64,000 nucleotides of DNA. Origin: Bispira polyomma. Taxonomy: Eukaryota. The position numbers and the translations under genes are program-made. This document shows positions 24,101-36,630 of this stretch, one piece after another; within the stretch, counting starts at the first letter, position 1; every line of letters starts with the position of its first letter. Location: NCBI GenBank assembly GCA_965649765.1, contig OZ287752.1:55552001-55616000 (forward strand), read 5' to 3'. The notes beneath the pieces are model-generated. The model was not told the DNA's origin. It saw nothing but the letters and a program-made list of their open reading frames with translations, and ran no database searches.

Positions 24101-26745
24101 GCTCTTTTGTAAACCATTAAGCTCTACATTTATGTACAATCATTTTAGTTTTTTTTTTGCTTGTCTCAGGTCCTCCAGTCATCAAAAAGTTAAAGATTAA
24201 TTTGAACATCACTTCCACAGCAATACCTATTTCATGGGTCATAGAAACCTTTGGGGACTCTCCATCACTAACTTTTACCATTTGGACCAAGCACATCTCT
24301 TCTAGCAGTTATGAAATATGGAAAGATGATATTTGCATGAATGTTAAAGAGGGTGACTTGGTACAAATTAATGTAGATGGCTTAGCACCAGACAGACAAT
24401 ATGACATCAAAATTGCAGCAAAAAGTGTTGAACCAAGTGGTGATGTCATGAGTCAGCCTTTGTACACTACTGGAGAAACAAGAGGTTGCTTATACTTTAA
24501 TAAAATATGTACCCATAGAAACAATCATGTAATCATCATTCATTTGCCACCAGTTTTTCTAATAGTTTATGAAGTGCTACATTGTTGCAATTTACAATGT
24601 TTATCACCAAATGGGATTGTGATATATTATCTGGTTAATCATTTGTCATGCTGTTTCCAGATGAAAATATGTAATATGTTGTACCATGGATAATAGAAGC
24701 CCAATCAATCTAGTTTTTCCCTGTCACTTTTTTGTTCTGTTTTTATTAGAATCACCAGTTATTGACATAGATACAGTTCTTGTTTCCACATATGACCTGA
24801 TAGTGACCTGGACATTTCTACAGAAAGTACATAATAACCAGGTTAGTTAATTATTTGGCAAAATCGAACATGCATGTAGAGTTATTAAAGCAAATTTTAC
24901 ATGAACAGTTTTATATTGGTTATATTTAAGTTGTGTGTGTATTTGGTTGCCATGTCAAAAGAATAACATAAAAACACTTAACACAGTTTGAGCCCTTTAT
25001 GACATTATGCATCAAGTACTGGGCGAGAGATAATGGGGAACAAAGCTCTATCATCTACCCCAGCATTGAAGCCTGTGTGATAGAAGTGTTTATAGGAACA
25101 GAGGTGATCCACGGCATATTTGACCCTACATCGACTTACTATATTGAATTAATGGTGTATGAAAATGGACTCCCAGGATCTAACTCTGGGAACAATTTTG
25201 AAGCTTCTAATGCAGAGGATGCTGATGACACTAGTTAGTGCATTTTTTATATTTCTGTGAGAGAGATAAAGTCATATAGATATGAAATGGGAATGTAATT
25301 TGATTTTACCTTCCTTGATGCTGCTTAATTTGACTAAATAAGGAAATATGGTTATGCGATGTAATTTTGTTGAGTTTTATATGAATGGTTAATTCATAAC
25401 TTTATGTTTTGTTGTAGTATCACCTGGTGGAATAGCAGCTATTGCTGTATCAATAGTTTTGGTTTTATTTATTGCACTGGAGTCTTTGATGCTAGTTTCC
25501 GGAATGCTTAATATCAACAGAAACTTTTGGAATCGTAAGAAAAATGTGTTTTTTTTTATCTTATCTAATATCGGATTTCTTCTTTAGTTCAAAGGAATAA
25601 TAACAGACAAGTAATTGAAAATTACACAAACATCTCCAACTAAATTAGGATATATTTTAGACATGATTAAAATTCTTAGGCCATATTTAAAAATACGTCT
25701 CAGTCTGAAGCTAGTCTTCAGCTTAAGATTTGTTTCTTTGATTTGGGCCTTTGAAAATGGCCTCTGGATTAATTGACTTAGCCACAAGCCTTTATATTGT
25801 ATACAACTAAAGAAAACTTTTACATTTTGCCTAGACATTACTAAACATTATTTTAAACATCTTAACACCAACAAGTGTACACATATCAAATTTAGTACAT
25901 TTCTTCATTGGCTAGTAAGCAATCATGTATCTATACAATTAAATTGTATTCTACAGGAAAGAGCCAGAATGCACCAACAGATAAAAGGTGAGAATATTTT
26001 TTATGCCGAAATTCAGTTTTCTAGTTTCTTAATATAATCCCAAATAACTGTTGTACTACATTTGTATTGTAGGGAGGATGAAACAATCTCTTGGGATAAA
26101 GGTAAATATTTGTGTTGATACAGAAACAGTAAAATGAGTTTACATTGTTGTTTGGCCTCGGTGAAATGTATTTAACATCATAACTTAAAGCTGAGGTAAA
26201 TATAAAAATCTTTAGAAACAAGAACAATATAAACTCCATGATCTTGTTAGGAGTAATCTATTTTTACTAAATACTTTTAGGCTATGAGTTGTGTCATTGG
26301 TATACTGTTCTCAAATGAAGGCCATTCCCAGCATATAATGTATATAATCATGACAGTGTGGTTTAAATCATCGTCTTCACCAAATCTACTGCTAATGTTC
26401 CCACATACATGTCAGAGCCGTGATTCGAAACCCATCACTACAGAGGTAGGAGGTATGAGTGTTATGGAGGTACCATATCCCCAGTGTTAGGCGAAATAAA
26501 TTTCATCTTATTTTCAGTTTTGTGTATTTTAATCAGTCTTAAAAGACAAAATAAAATAAATGAGTTGTTATTTCTGTGACTGTAATTAGTTTTGTTGATC
26601 AGGTTACAGTGAAATCCAAATGGCACAGAGTCAGAGTGAAGACCAGACATATGAAAAGCTCCGCCAGCAACACTATGAGAATACAGGATTTGAACAGTAT
26701 GAATCACTGGATAAGTTGGCTGGTGACTCAACAGACAAAGTGTGA
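18190..26745 (+). CDS. Type I membrane receptor: signal peptide + 7 Ig + 2 FN3 + TM + tyrosine-motif (ITAM-like) tail, ~1043 aa
   Basis: Manually spliced GT-AG exons in compatible phases with no stops: 18190-18256, 18853-19140, 19782-20084, 20578-20853, 21061-21381, 22052-22336, 22525-22890, 23016-23149, 23602-23719, 24170-24484, 24750-24841, 24987-25233, 25418-25534, 25957-25987, 26073-26101, 26603-26745 (3132 nt). Ig motifs include CKAENGKPEPVIKW, DDDTYYCEPRNKVG, EGVYRC, DGVYTC and DFGMYECEPTNAV. FN3: ITSTAIPISW...GLAPDRQYDIKIAA. TM: GGIAAIAVSIVLVLFIALESLMLV. Confidence 0.85.
20235..20512 (+). mobile_element. HINE/Helentron-like non-autonomous repeat in an intron
   Basis: GGAGGGATATGTTTTACCCCCGTTT, then a (TTTG/TTTA)n tract, and a 3' end ...CTACTAAGTGGCCTTCCAGTT, the typical HINE layout. 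Confidence 0.5.
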
Positions 26746-27999
26746 ACTCATTATACAGACTAACAATATTCACCTCAAAGGACTTAAGTGACACTTTTGA
26801 AATAATAATATCGAATTCCTAGGCCATGACCTACGTCTGATTTAGCTATGATACACTTCAAATATGATACAAACCCAATTATGTACATTAAACTTAATAT
26901 ATATAATGGAGAGGAATTATATTCAAGTACACAGAGGACACATACATGTCCAGTGCATATATATATTAGCTATTACATAATATATCAAACAATAGGAAAA
27001 CATATGAAACAGCATATATTTATGAAATAGTGTCCACCAAAGCTTTGTATAAACATTGTTTTTTTACAATCATGCTGTCGCCATGGCCTTGTAGCGGCTC
27101 TAAAAATTACAATTTTATTGGCCGTCTGATACAGAGCTAAAGGTGAACATCCTTGCAAACACATGATGTTGATCTGAAAGTGTAATGTTTGGTTGGGTTT
27201 TTACCTGAATTTTGCCCCAATTATAATTGTGCACAAATCTTATAAAAATACACAGCCCATTTTTCTAAAATTGCAGGACCTTGTAGTACATACAACAATT
27301 TTACCAAGGGATGAATTGGCTATATTTTAACGTAAATTGATTGATCATTGCACTTGTTTTGTCAAGATGTACTTCACTTAAGTATATGTTGCTTATGTTA
27401 TGACACTACACACCAGGAAATAAATATATCTTATTAACTACTCCACTCTACAGTTATCAGCTTTACAGGTCAAATTCCAGGCTGATTTAATTTATAAAAA
27501 GAATACATGTACTTTATTTAATTTTAAGAAAAAGGCTTAATTTAAAATTAGGTTTTGTCCTTTGTCATAATAACAGAGAAAATGTTAGTCTTATGGCAGA
27601 TATAATACAACGTTTCTCTCAAAGCTTACTATATTACATGATTGCATTATTATATACAAATATATTGTATTTTTTTTTATTTGTTTTTCTTTTGAAACCA
27701 CACATCAAGCAGAAATTTATTGAGCATGTTAAATGAAGACAGTAAAACCTCTGATTATGGTGAAGTATGTTAACTGATCACATCAGGTTGCAAAATTTGG
27801 AATAGACATAAAAAGCATGTATTTGGGCCGAGCGTCTAGATTTGTCTAGATGAAAATCAGCATGAACATATCAATTTGATAACATAATAATATTTGCAAA
27901 TTAGTTTAAACATGGAAAAAACAAGAAGTAAAATATTATTCTCTTAAATTTTCAGCCATTGATATACATCATCTGATCAACAAAGAAATGAAAGTCATG

Positions 28000-28620
28000 G
28001 TTCCTAATATAATTAGACGTAAGTCTCTATTGGCCAGTTTGTCTGGGAATCAGAAGGACCATGCTTCAACTCCCGGTTAGAGAAGTTGGTCTGGTGATAA
28101 GAAAGGTCTCCAGTTTGAATCCAAGTATAACATCCTTGGGCACATTGTGAACACACCATTGACTATCTATGACGACCAAGCCCAGGTTTTAGGACTAAGC
28201 CTTTCAGAAAATCTGAGCCTTAGAGAGTGATACAGCAATAGGGTGATACATAAATGCTCAATGATAATAATATAAACAATTTCACCAAATTCTGAATATA
28301 ACCTAGAAATGACATCAGTAATCATTTTATTCCTGCCAGGATTACATACATATCAATTAACAGCCATATGTTCCCAAGACAGTCTGGTAAAATAATCTTC
28401 AATGTTCAGTATGTCACCAAAATACTCTAAAGAAGGTTAACATATAACCTGGTTTGCTCAAGGTGACCTTTATCAAAGTAAATGCAATGTCAGGCAAAGA
28501 TAAGTCAAATTTCATAACACTGACATAACAACATAATGTAGATGCCACAATAACGGCTGTATAGATGGGTCCACATGTAAATGCCCTATTTTCTATTTTT
28601 GATTACCTTACATTGCCCCA
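28000..28620 (-). mobile_element. Degenerate DIRS/Ngaro RNase H-YR relic
   Basis: Minus-strand fragments LHVDPSIQxLxxI and NIWLLI...PGRNKMITDVISRL resemble the RNase H of the element at 30340-36310 (IGLDACLQGIG; ARNIFM..GKNNEVADLLSRW). Confidence 0.45.
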
Positions 28621-29439
28621 GTGAGATGCTCTGCAGCATGCCAATCCTTTTCAGGTGTCGGATGCCACTAAAATACATGATATGGTGAGAGAGGTCATCT
28701 ATTTCGTGATGCTGTATCACTTCCTTGGCTAGTAATTAGAACAACATGGTCGTTTTGAATGCAGGACATAGAGGAAGGAAGACTGGTGAGGGGTAACACC
28801 ACTCAGTAGTATCTCAAGAGGCTTAGTACTTCCTTGTTAGTCTTGATTACCAGCAAGGCAAAGTCAGTCAGTCTTACAACCAGCGACCATGTGACTAGAC
28901 TTTGAGTGACAATATAGTGAATACTGTAACGATTTGTGATTTATATATTAGACATAATGCTAATAGTATTATCATGGGAAGGTTATGATATCATTCATCA
29001 CTAACAAAGTTTATGAAGAAATAGGACTGAATAATGCTTCGAAAAACGTCATGAGTTGTAACCTTGTAATAAATTGGTAGCTGTTGCCTGCAGCGCCACA
29101 GTTACAGGTAGCTACCTAAACTTTATCTCTTTCTTAAAAATCTTTCTTGTTAATAGATGTAATTCATACCTGATTTAGAAGATTTGAACCTCCTTGTTAC
29201 TTGTCATCATCTTATTATTTCACCCCTTTTCTCCACCTCCGCCCTCTCTTTTCTTAGATATTGCCTTCATTTTATTAAAGCTTTTGGCAATGGCACACTG
29301 TGAAGTTTAGTGTTTATACAAATCTGGTTTCTTTTATATATTTGGTTTAAATGTTTTTAATTGTTTACCCTGAAGCCTTTTGTACTATTTTATTGACAAG
29401 CATGTATATAAGTAGGTATACTCTCTCATATAAAAAATG

Positions 29440-30000
29440 GGCAAAAGTAAAGTAAAAATGTGGTGATGGAGTCCACAAGTAACAGTGGTGATACACCTTA
29501 GTTCTGTATTCTGGGAAAGCTTAAAGCTCTAGGTGAACATATTGGATCCATTGTGAAGAAAGTCGACCAACCACAATGAGCGATGGGGGAACTTCGCCGA
29601 CTTTGACTCTCTGTCAGAGGACATGGTCAGCCCCACACTACAAACACTAAAGACATTAGCGATGTTACAAGCCCACATTGACGCCCGGTTGACGGAATTG
29701 CAGGCCCTACAGATAGATTTAAATCACAAAATGTGTATTACTTTGTAGGATGAAAGAGGGCCGAGTAAATTGGCAGGAATCCAAAAAAAAAAAAAAAAAT
29801 TGACAGAATTAGATGGGCAAATGCTCAGCGTGTAGTACATAAAATAACCAACACTGATGGTGTCCACAAGTCAAAAGAACTGTTGTGTAAATTATTTCAG
29901 AAAGGTGATTGCAGGGGACCAGAAGAGCATTAACACCATAGTATACTGCACAAACATATTTGCGTCATCTGTCACTCTTTCACCCTTTCTACCCTTTCTA
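29440..30000 (+). mobile_element. Degenerate Ngaro/DIRS gag relic
   Basis: MVSPTLQTLK..QAHIDARLTELQAL..RFKSQ, RMKEGRVNW..KIDRIRWANAQ and CKLFQKGDC...HKHICVIC align with the gag of the adjacent element. Confidence 0.7.
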
Positions 30001-30339
30001 GATTGAAACATAACAGGACTGCAAAGAACATTACAGAAAAATCCCACAAAAATTCCCCTTATTTAATAGGGCAAGCTGATGATACATAAATAGAAATATT
30101 GTACAATTCACCGGTGGTGGCTCAGGTAATTGAAATAGATATCACTTCAGTGTAAAAGTTCCACCTTAATGGTTTCATGTGAGAGGCTATTTGTCATTCT
30201 TGTATTAAGCACCCAGAGTGATGTCATAATAGTAGTGTTCCTACAAACATACAGGTTGACACAACGTCCGCAAATACAAACAAAGTGACAATGTGTCCAT
30301 GGACAACAAAGGTTAACAATCCAAACTAAATATTCTAAA

Positions 30340-33300
30340 ATTTTGGAATAGAATTTTGAGAATGCCTGATGACGGGTTTAATACAAAAATATTTTGCCGG
30401 GTAGAGCGGGTCACCGCACCAGCTAGTTCAGTGCTTTCTAGTACTTTTGCCAACTAAACTGCATCTATTTTAATTGGCCAACATGTGGGAGTACTAATTA
30501 ATTGTGGCCCAATTACCCCTTTACCTTCAGTTTTGAAAGTCAAACCAAGGAGGCAGGACACTGTTTTATAAATAACATAAAATATTTAAAAAATTTATTT
30601 TAATTTTTCCTTATTTACAACTTTTATATCTGACAATTGTATTGAATATAGAACAGTATCACTCTATGTACTTGGAACCATACTACTAGTATAACTAGAG
30701 ATAAAAGGAATAATTACACTAGTGCCATTTACAACATTCTATGTATGTGAAGCCGCACTACTTGTGTGAGGACGAACTGCTGTGTTATATATATATATAT
30801 AAAAGGATCAATAATAGTGTAGTGCCATATATGACCTTCTATGTAGGTGGAATAAGAATAAAAACTGGCTACGATTGTGTTTTATATACAAAAAGGAGCA
30901 TTTGTTTACGTGGAGATATAATACAAAAAAAAAAACTATCTCCGTGTTATGGAAACCCATTAAAAATGTTGTAAATTTAATGGACCTGTGAACTGAAGTA
31001 TTCCAAAGCTCCTCTGGATGTGTTCCTGGATGTTATATTTAACTCAAAACCTTTGAGTCATGCGAATATAGCTCATTGAGCATTATTTACAGGGCCGTAT
31101 TTTACTACCTATTGATATTTTAATTGTTTTTAACTCAACTATATATTCAAATCATTCCAAAACGCTCAACTTATATACGCATGTATCAAAGCACAGGATC
31201 TTCTTTTATTTTATTCTAGATTGACTGAAAATTATAAAACTGTAAAAATGCCAAAGGTAAGAACATATAACTGCAAATCATGTGGAGGTAATCACCAACG
31301 GCCGGTTGGTAATAGATGTCAAATGTTACAAGATGATGAACAATCAGGACTAAATGTACACTCACCGTCTATTAGTGGGAGTACTATGTCAGCCTCCGAG
31401 GTGAATCTACTGATTCTAGAAGAACTTAGGAGGTTGTATGACCACCATTGAACAACAAGCTATTAATGAGGTGCCCGATGTCACAACCCCTCGACGACCC
31501 GCCCAGGACAAACCTTGGACAGAGGACCGAGTATCTGATGCAATCTTGCCATCCCTACAATCTCTGCGGGCCTCACATTCAATCCAAGGGGAAGTCAACA
31601 ATCGTCTGAGGGAGCTTCAAGAACTGAACGAATCTGGTAGGTTCAAATCTCAACGGGGGGCTCAGACACCATATGGGTAAAGAAAGAAGTGGCCTGGCCA
31701 CATAATTATGTTTTGGGGTGCAGTGCTAAAGCTCGTGTTTCATATGACAATCTATCCATGTGTCAGTGGGTGTCTGGCTTTAGTGCTATTATTAAAGAGG
31801 AGTCAAACATTGAGACAGAAAACTGCCATGTTAGAATATATGTCAGATAACATGGATGATAGCCATGATTTTTCGTAGGCAGCAGGCATACTGTACTTCT
31901 GTGCAGGATGGAAGAGAACAAAATTGATTGGAAAAACACAGCCAAAATTGATAGGTTAAGAAGAGTAAATGCTCAAAAAACGTATACAAATGTAGACAGT
32001 AAGAGTAGTAATAGTTTTACTGCCTCCAAGAAAAGCCGGAAGGAAGGGGGCAATCCTTGCCTTTTGTATCAAAAAGGTACTTGCACACACAAAGGCGACC
32101 ATGAGTCGGGGGGCCAGATGTATCTTCACATCTGTGCTACTTGCTCTGCCTCTGCAAAGAGTTGTACTCGTCCATCCAAGAACTGTCGCAAAAATGCTGC
32201 AAAGAACTAGTAGGGCACTGCCAAAAGGCAGTGCAAAGTTCAGTAAATTATAAAAATAAACTGTTCAGAGATGTTGTTTGTAGAGAATATAAAAGTGTAA
32301 ATAACAATATTAAATGTCATAGTGAAAGTGCTAATTGGAGAGCTGACTTGGCCAAATTTCAAAATAAATCTTATGCAGACGTGGTCAAATCTGTAAGACA
32401 AACAAAGAAACAGCCCCAGGGATGGGATAATAAACACAACAGCTCCAACCAGCGCTCTCACAATAAAAGTAAAAAGAAATAATGCGTATCAGTCTAATGT
32501 GAACAAAACTGCTGTAAAATTGTCATCTGTCAAACATAAACAATTGTTTTCAGCAGAAAAAGAACAGCAATCAGCTGTCTTAGGTGAAGGTCACAGACCG
32601 TGAAATTATTGTCAGCTGGATGAAAATAAAACTTCTGTATATGTGTCATCTGTCAAACATAAATATTTGTTTTCAGCAGAAAAGGGACAGCAATCAGCTG
32701 TTTCAGGTGAAGGGGGTAAACCTTGGTATGATTGCAAGAGACAGACTCCCCCCATTCACAAAAACAGAAAAACCACAGTTTGTCACTCCTCCTCCAAACT
32801 AACAAAGAACCCTATTAAGAAAACAAAGGGGAATGGGATGTATCCAGTTAGTTTAGAAACAATAGACAAGAATGTTCACAAACCCCATATATTCCCTACA
32901 ACTAACAATAGGTTCAGTGTGTTAACCCCATCAGAGTGTCAAGATATCCCAGATGACATTAACAACGTGGTGGGGGGTAAGGGTATCAGTGTTGAAAAAA
33001 ATTACACTTCAGAAAAAGCCTCACAGCAACTACGAAAACCCTTTAGGGGTCACCGGGTAGTAAAAAACTTAGGCTATATTGATAGGTGTATTGTACCACT
33101 AACAAGAAAGTGAATAAACAGAATTTACTATCTGGGGGTACTAGAAACAGGGTAATCAGAAACCCCTCAGAGCAGGAAAACTCGGATATTAGCAACAAAG
33201 CTGCAGTTACAAATGCATCGGATGATAAGTATAACTTACAATTACAAGTCAAGCCCCGTACACAAGAAATACTGCAAGCAGCCGTCAGAAACCACACATT

Positions 33301-36300
33301 CAACAAGTGGTCTGCACAAGTGAGTGATAAATTCGGGTTTATTCCAATAGGGGACTTACAATTACCCTATAGTGATAAAAGAAATAAAACTGACAAATCT
33401 TTAATCGAATTGAATAAAATTATACGTGAATCAGCTTCCCTCAATTTCATGGGGAGGCAGTTGGAAATCACTTCTCAATTAAACTCAGATAAATGGGATG
33501 AATATTTAAAGGACTATTGGGACGTTCAATCCCACTTCTTATTAGATATGGATTTCCGTTTCAGATTTTTACAGAGATGCTACATTGTCTTATGTGCAAA
33601 AGAATCATAACTCGGCGTCGGCTTACTCGCGTGAGATTGAGGCATATTTAGAGGTAGAACAAGGTTAAGGGGAGATATTAGGTCCTTTCAGTACACCACC
33701 ATTTCGTGATACACACATATCACCCTTCATGAGTAGAGAAAAGCCTGGGGCCCCTCATAGGCGGGTCATCATAGATCTCAGCTTCTCCCCCGGGCAGTCA
33801 GTAAACTCAGCTCTAAAAAAAGACAAATACCTAGACACCCCTTTTATTTTGACACTACTGACAGTAGATAACATTACTGAAAAAGTTAAGCAATTAGGAA
33901 AAGTTTCAATGCTCTATAAAATTGATTTAAGCAGGGCATTTAGGCACGTGAAGCTTGACCCTTCCGACTATGACTTACTGGGCTTAAAAATTGACCAGTA
34001 CTACATAGACACTTGCCTTCCATTTGGTTTTAGGCACGGAAGGGCCATATTTCAACGCCTGAGCGACGCAGTCAGATTTGTCATGAATAACAAGCAATAT
34101 GATGTCATAAACTACATTGATGACATCATAGGTTTTGGCCTTCCTAGCAAAATTCAGGACTCTTTTAAAACACAACATGACCTCCTCCTGGAACTAGGTT
34201 TCAAAATTAGTAGACATAAACTAGTGGCACCAGCCACTAAGGTTACATGTTTAGGGGTTATAATTGACGCTGAGAAGTTTACAATGTCAATACCAGAAGA
34301 GAAATTAAATTCAATACGTAAAACATGTGGTAATTGGCTAGGGAAAAAATCATGTAAGAAAAGAGACCTACAATCCCTCCTAGGTAGTCTACTGTATATA
34401 TCCAAGTGTGTTAGAGTGGCCAGGGCATTTCTCAACAGAATGCTAGATACATTAAGATTATGCCATGACAAAAATAACATCACATTAAGCTCTTCTTTTA
34501 AATAAGACCTATCATGGTTCATAAAATTCCTACCTCATTTTAATGGTACCACATTCTTCGATCATAGACCCCCATCAGCTAAAATAGGACTTGATGCATG
34601 TCTCCAGGGTATAGGAGGAGCCTGGGGCTCCCAGGTCTATAAATTAGAAATACCACTCGGCTTTGAAGAGTCTGGAAGCACCAGTGGCAAGGCCAAAAAA
34701 TTATCATATATTGCGACAACCAGGCGGTAGTGTCCATCCTTGCTGCAGGTAAAACAAAAGATTTAACACTAGCAGCCATTGCTCGAAATATTTTTATGGA
34801 GGTTGCACTTGCAGGTATCAACCCTAGAACCATACATATTTTTGGAAAAAACAATGAAGTGGCAGATTTATTGTCGAGGTGGCACTGAACACCCCATAAT
34901 ACCGAAAAACTACTAACACACATTAAACACGCCCAGTGGGTAATCCCACCCAGTTTTTGTAATGTTGATTGGTCTATGTAATTCTCAGGCTCCAACCCAT
35001 GGGTAAGGGAGGTAGCAGGTAGAGCTGCAAGGAGAGCACAACAAGCCTTCAGATCATCTATCCAGAAGGCTTATCAATTCATGTTTAAAAACTTCCTCTC
35101 ATATGGTGTATTCATATCTGTATCAACCAGCAACATTTCACCACTGGTCCTCTTAGCATTTCTAGAGGTGCTAATCTTTAATAAGGTCTCCACATCATCA
35201 ATAGCAAATTATCTAGCTGCTATTAAAGCCAAAATGTCACTCTACGGCTTAGACATCTCAAGCTTTTCTGATCCCAGAACTAAGTACTATCAAAAAGCAA
35301 TGCTATTACAGAAACCCTTTAGAGCCACAATAAAAACTATTATAGATATCCCAACATTGCGAGCCATTGGCTCACAATGTGACAAAATGTACATGGGACA
35401 GGTTTTCAAAGCCCTATACCCAGTGGCCTATTTTTCATTTCTGAGAATTTCGAACTTTGTCCCACATTTCATAAAACAATATTCTCCAATACAACACCTG
35501 TCTAGGGGAGACATCTTGTTTGCCCCCCCTGGCATTCACGTAATCATAAAATGGTCAAAAACCATGCAGACCAGAGATACCTGTAAGGTTATTAAACTTC
35601 TTTCCTTAGGTTCCTCCCCCTTATGCCCATATAGGGCCCTCAAGAATCTGCTTGCAATAACTACTGGTTCCAAAAATAAACCCCTATTTTAATTTAAAAA
35701 CTTTCAGCAATGGAACCCTCTCACGGATTCAAAAGTCAGAAGAAATTTGTCACATTCAACCAAAATGTGTCAATCCAAAACATACAAAGTCGTGGCACAT
35801 GGTCCTCCGACTGTGTATGGAAATATATAATACAAGATCACAATGCTTCGGACCAAGTAGCATTGGCCTTCAGATCCTTACTACATCATTAACACTACTA
35901 CTAGCTGGGCTTTGGTGCTTTTTCTTGCTATATTCATATAACTTTTACATGCTTACCATATTGCGTGAACTTAATGTCACATATATACCAAATTTAATTC
36001 AAAAATCTTAAGGTCACCTTTAATTTATACATACGTAAACTTGTTAATGTCTCTTTTATTACAGTAACTTAAACTCATATTCCAAACTCACAGTTAAGGT
36101 TACCTTAAAGTTTAACCTTAACTTTAGGTTAAGGCAATCTTAAACTCATGCCTCAACTTAAGGTGACCTTAAATATTTTAATTCTAGTAATGTAAATAGT
36201 AGATCTAACCCTTAGAAAGTATTAAAATTAATATTCCCAAATGAATGTGTTTTTACTAACTTCATACACATGTCACTATCAGAGGCACTGATGTACGGTT

Positions 36301-36310
36301 ATAGTAGTAA
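30340..36310 (+). mobile_element. Ngaro/DIRS tyrosine-recombinase retrotransposon, near full length, inactive
   Basis: gag ~31248-32210 (CxxC-H-C knuckle, RFKSQRG, WPHNYV, C-terminal Cys/His finger). RT ~33450-34520 (RRVIIDLS, KIDLSRAFR, LPFGFR, YIDD). RNase H ~34520-34980 (LDAC, CDNQAVV, ADLLSRW). YR ~34990-35892 (FLRISN, KWSKT, LCP; the HxxR motif is deleted). Similar CTGATG(T)ACGG..TA motifs lie near both ends. Many frameshifts. Confidence 0.9.
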
Positions 36311-36399
36311 TAATGGATGGTGTAAAAAAAAATAAAAATAGCTTGAATTTATTGATACATATGAAACATTTCAACATTTAGAGATTTGTAATTCACAAT

Positions 36400-36630
36400 T
36401 GTCTTATGACAGACCAAAATCCAAATTTGAAACAAACTGGAAATCAGATATTGGGAGGAAACCAAAACTTTGTACCTATATTACATTTAAAAACTTTTTT
36501 GAAACTTCAAACTACATTAAATGGAATTTAGACAAAAGTAGCCAATTCCTGTTAGCACAATTTTGAAGTGGTATATTACAAATGAGAATAGAAACAGGTC
36601 GTTCTATAAATATTAAAGCTGAAGAAAGTT
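36400..36630 (+). mobile_element. LINE ORF2 C-terminal fragment (RTE-X/Proto2-like)
   Basis: WKSDIGRKPKLCTYITFKNFFE..Y...LLAQF*SGILQMRIETGR. Confidence 0.65.

Noticed and set aside
18190-26745. Naming the receptor nephrin, hemicentin, NCAM, DSCAM or Alr
   Set aside because: The domain count (7 Ig + 2 FN3) and sequence do not match any of these recognisably. Only architectural analogy is supportable without a search.
30340-30400. CTGATGA at the Ngaro 5' end (and CTGAATAA..GAAAAAC at ~29026) as a hammerhead ribozyme
   Set aside because: No properly placed GAAA core or stems I/III could be built.
31221-35892. Programmed frameshifting or an active Ngaro element
   Set aside because: Numerous scattered indels and stops, plus deletions in RNase H and the YR HxxR motif, indicate decay.
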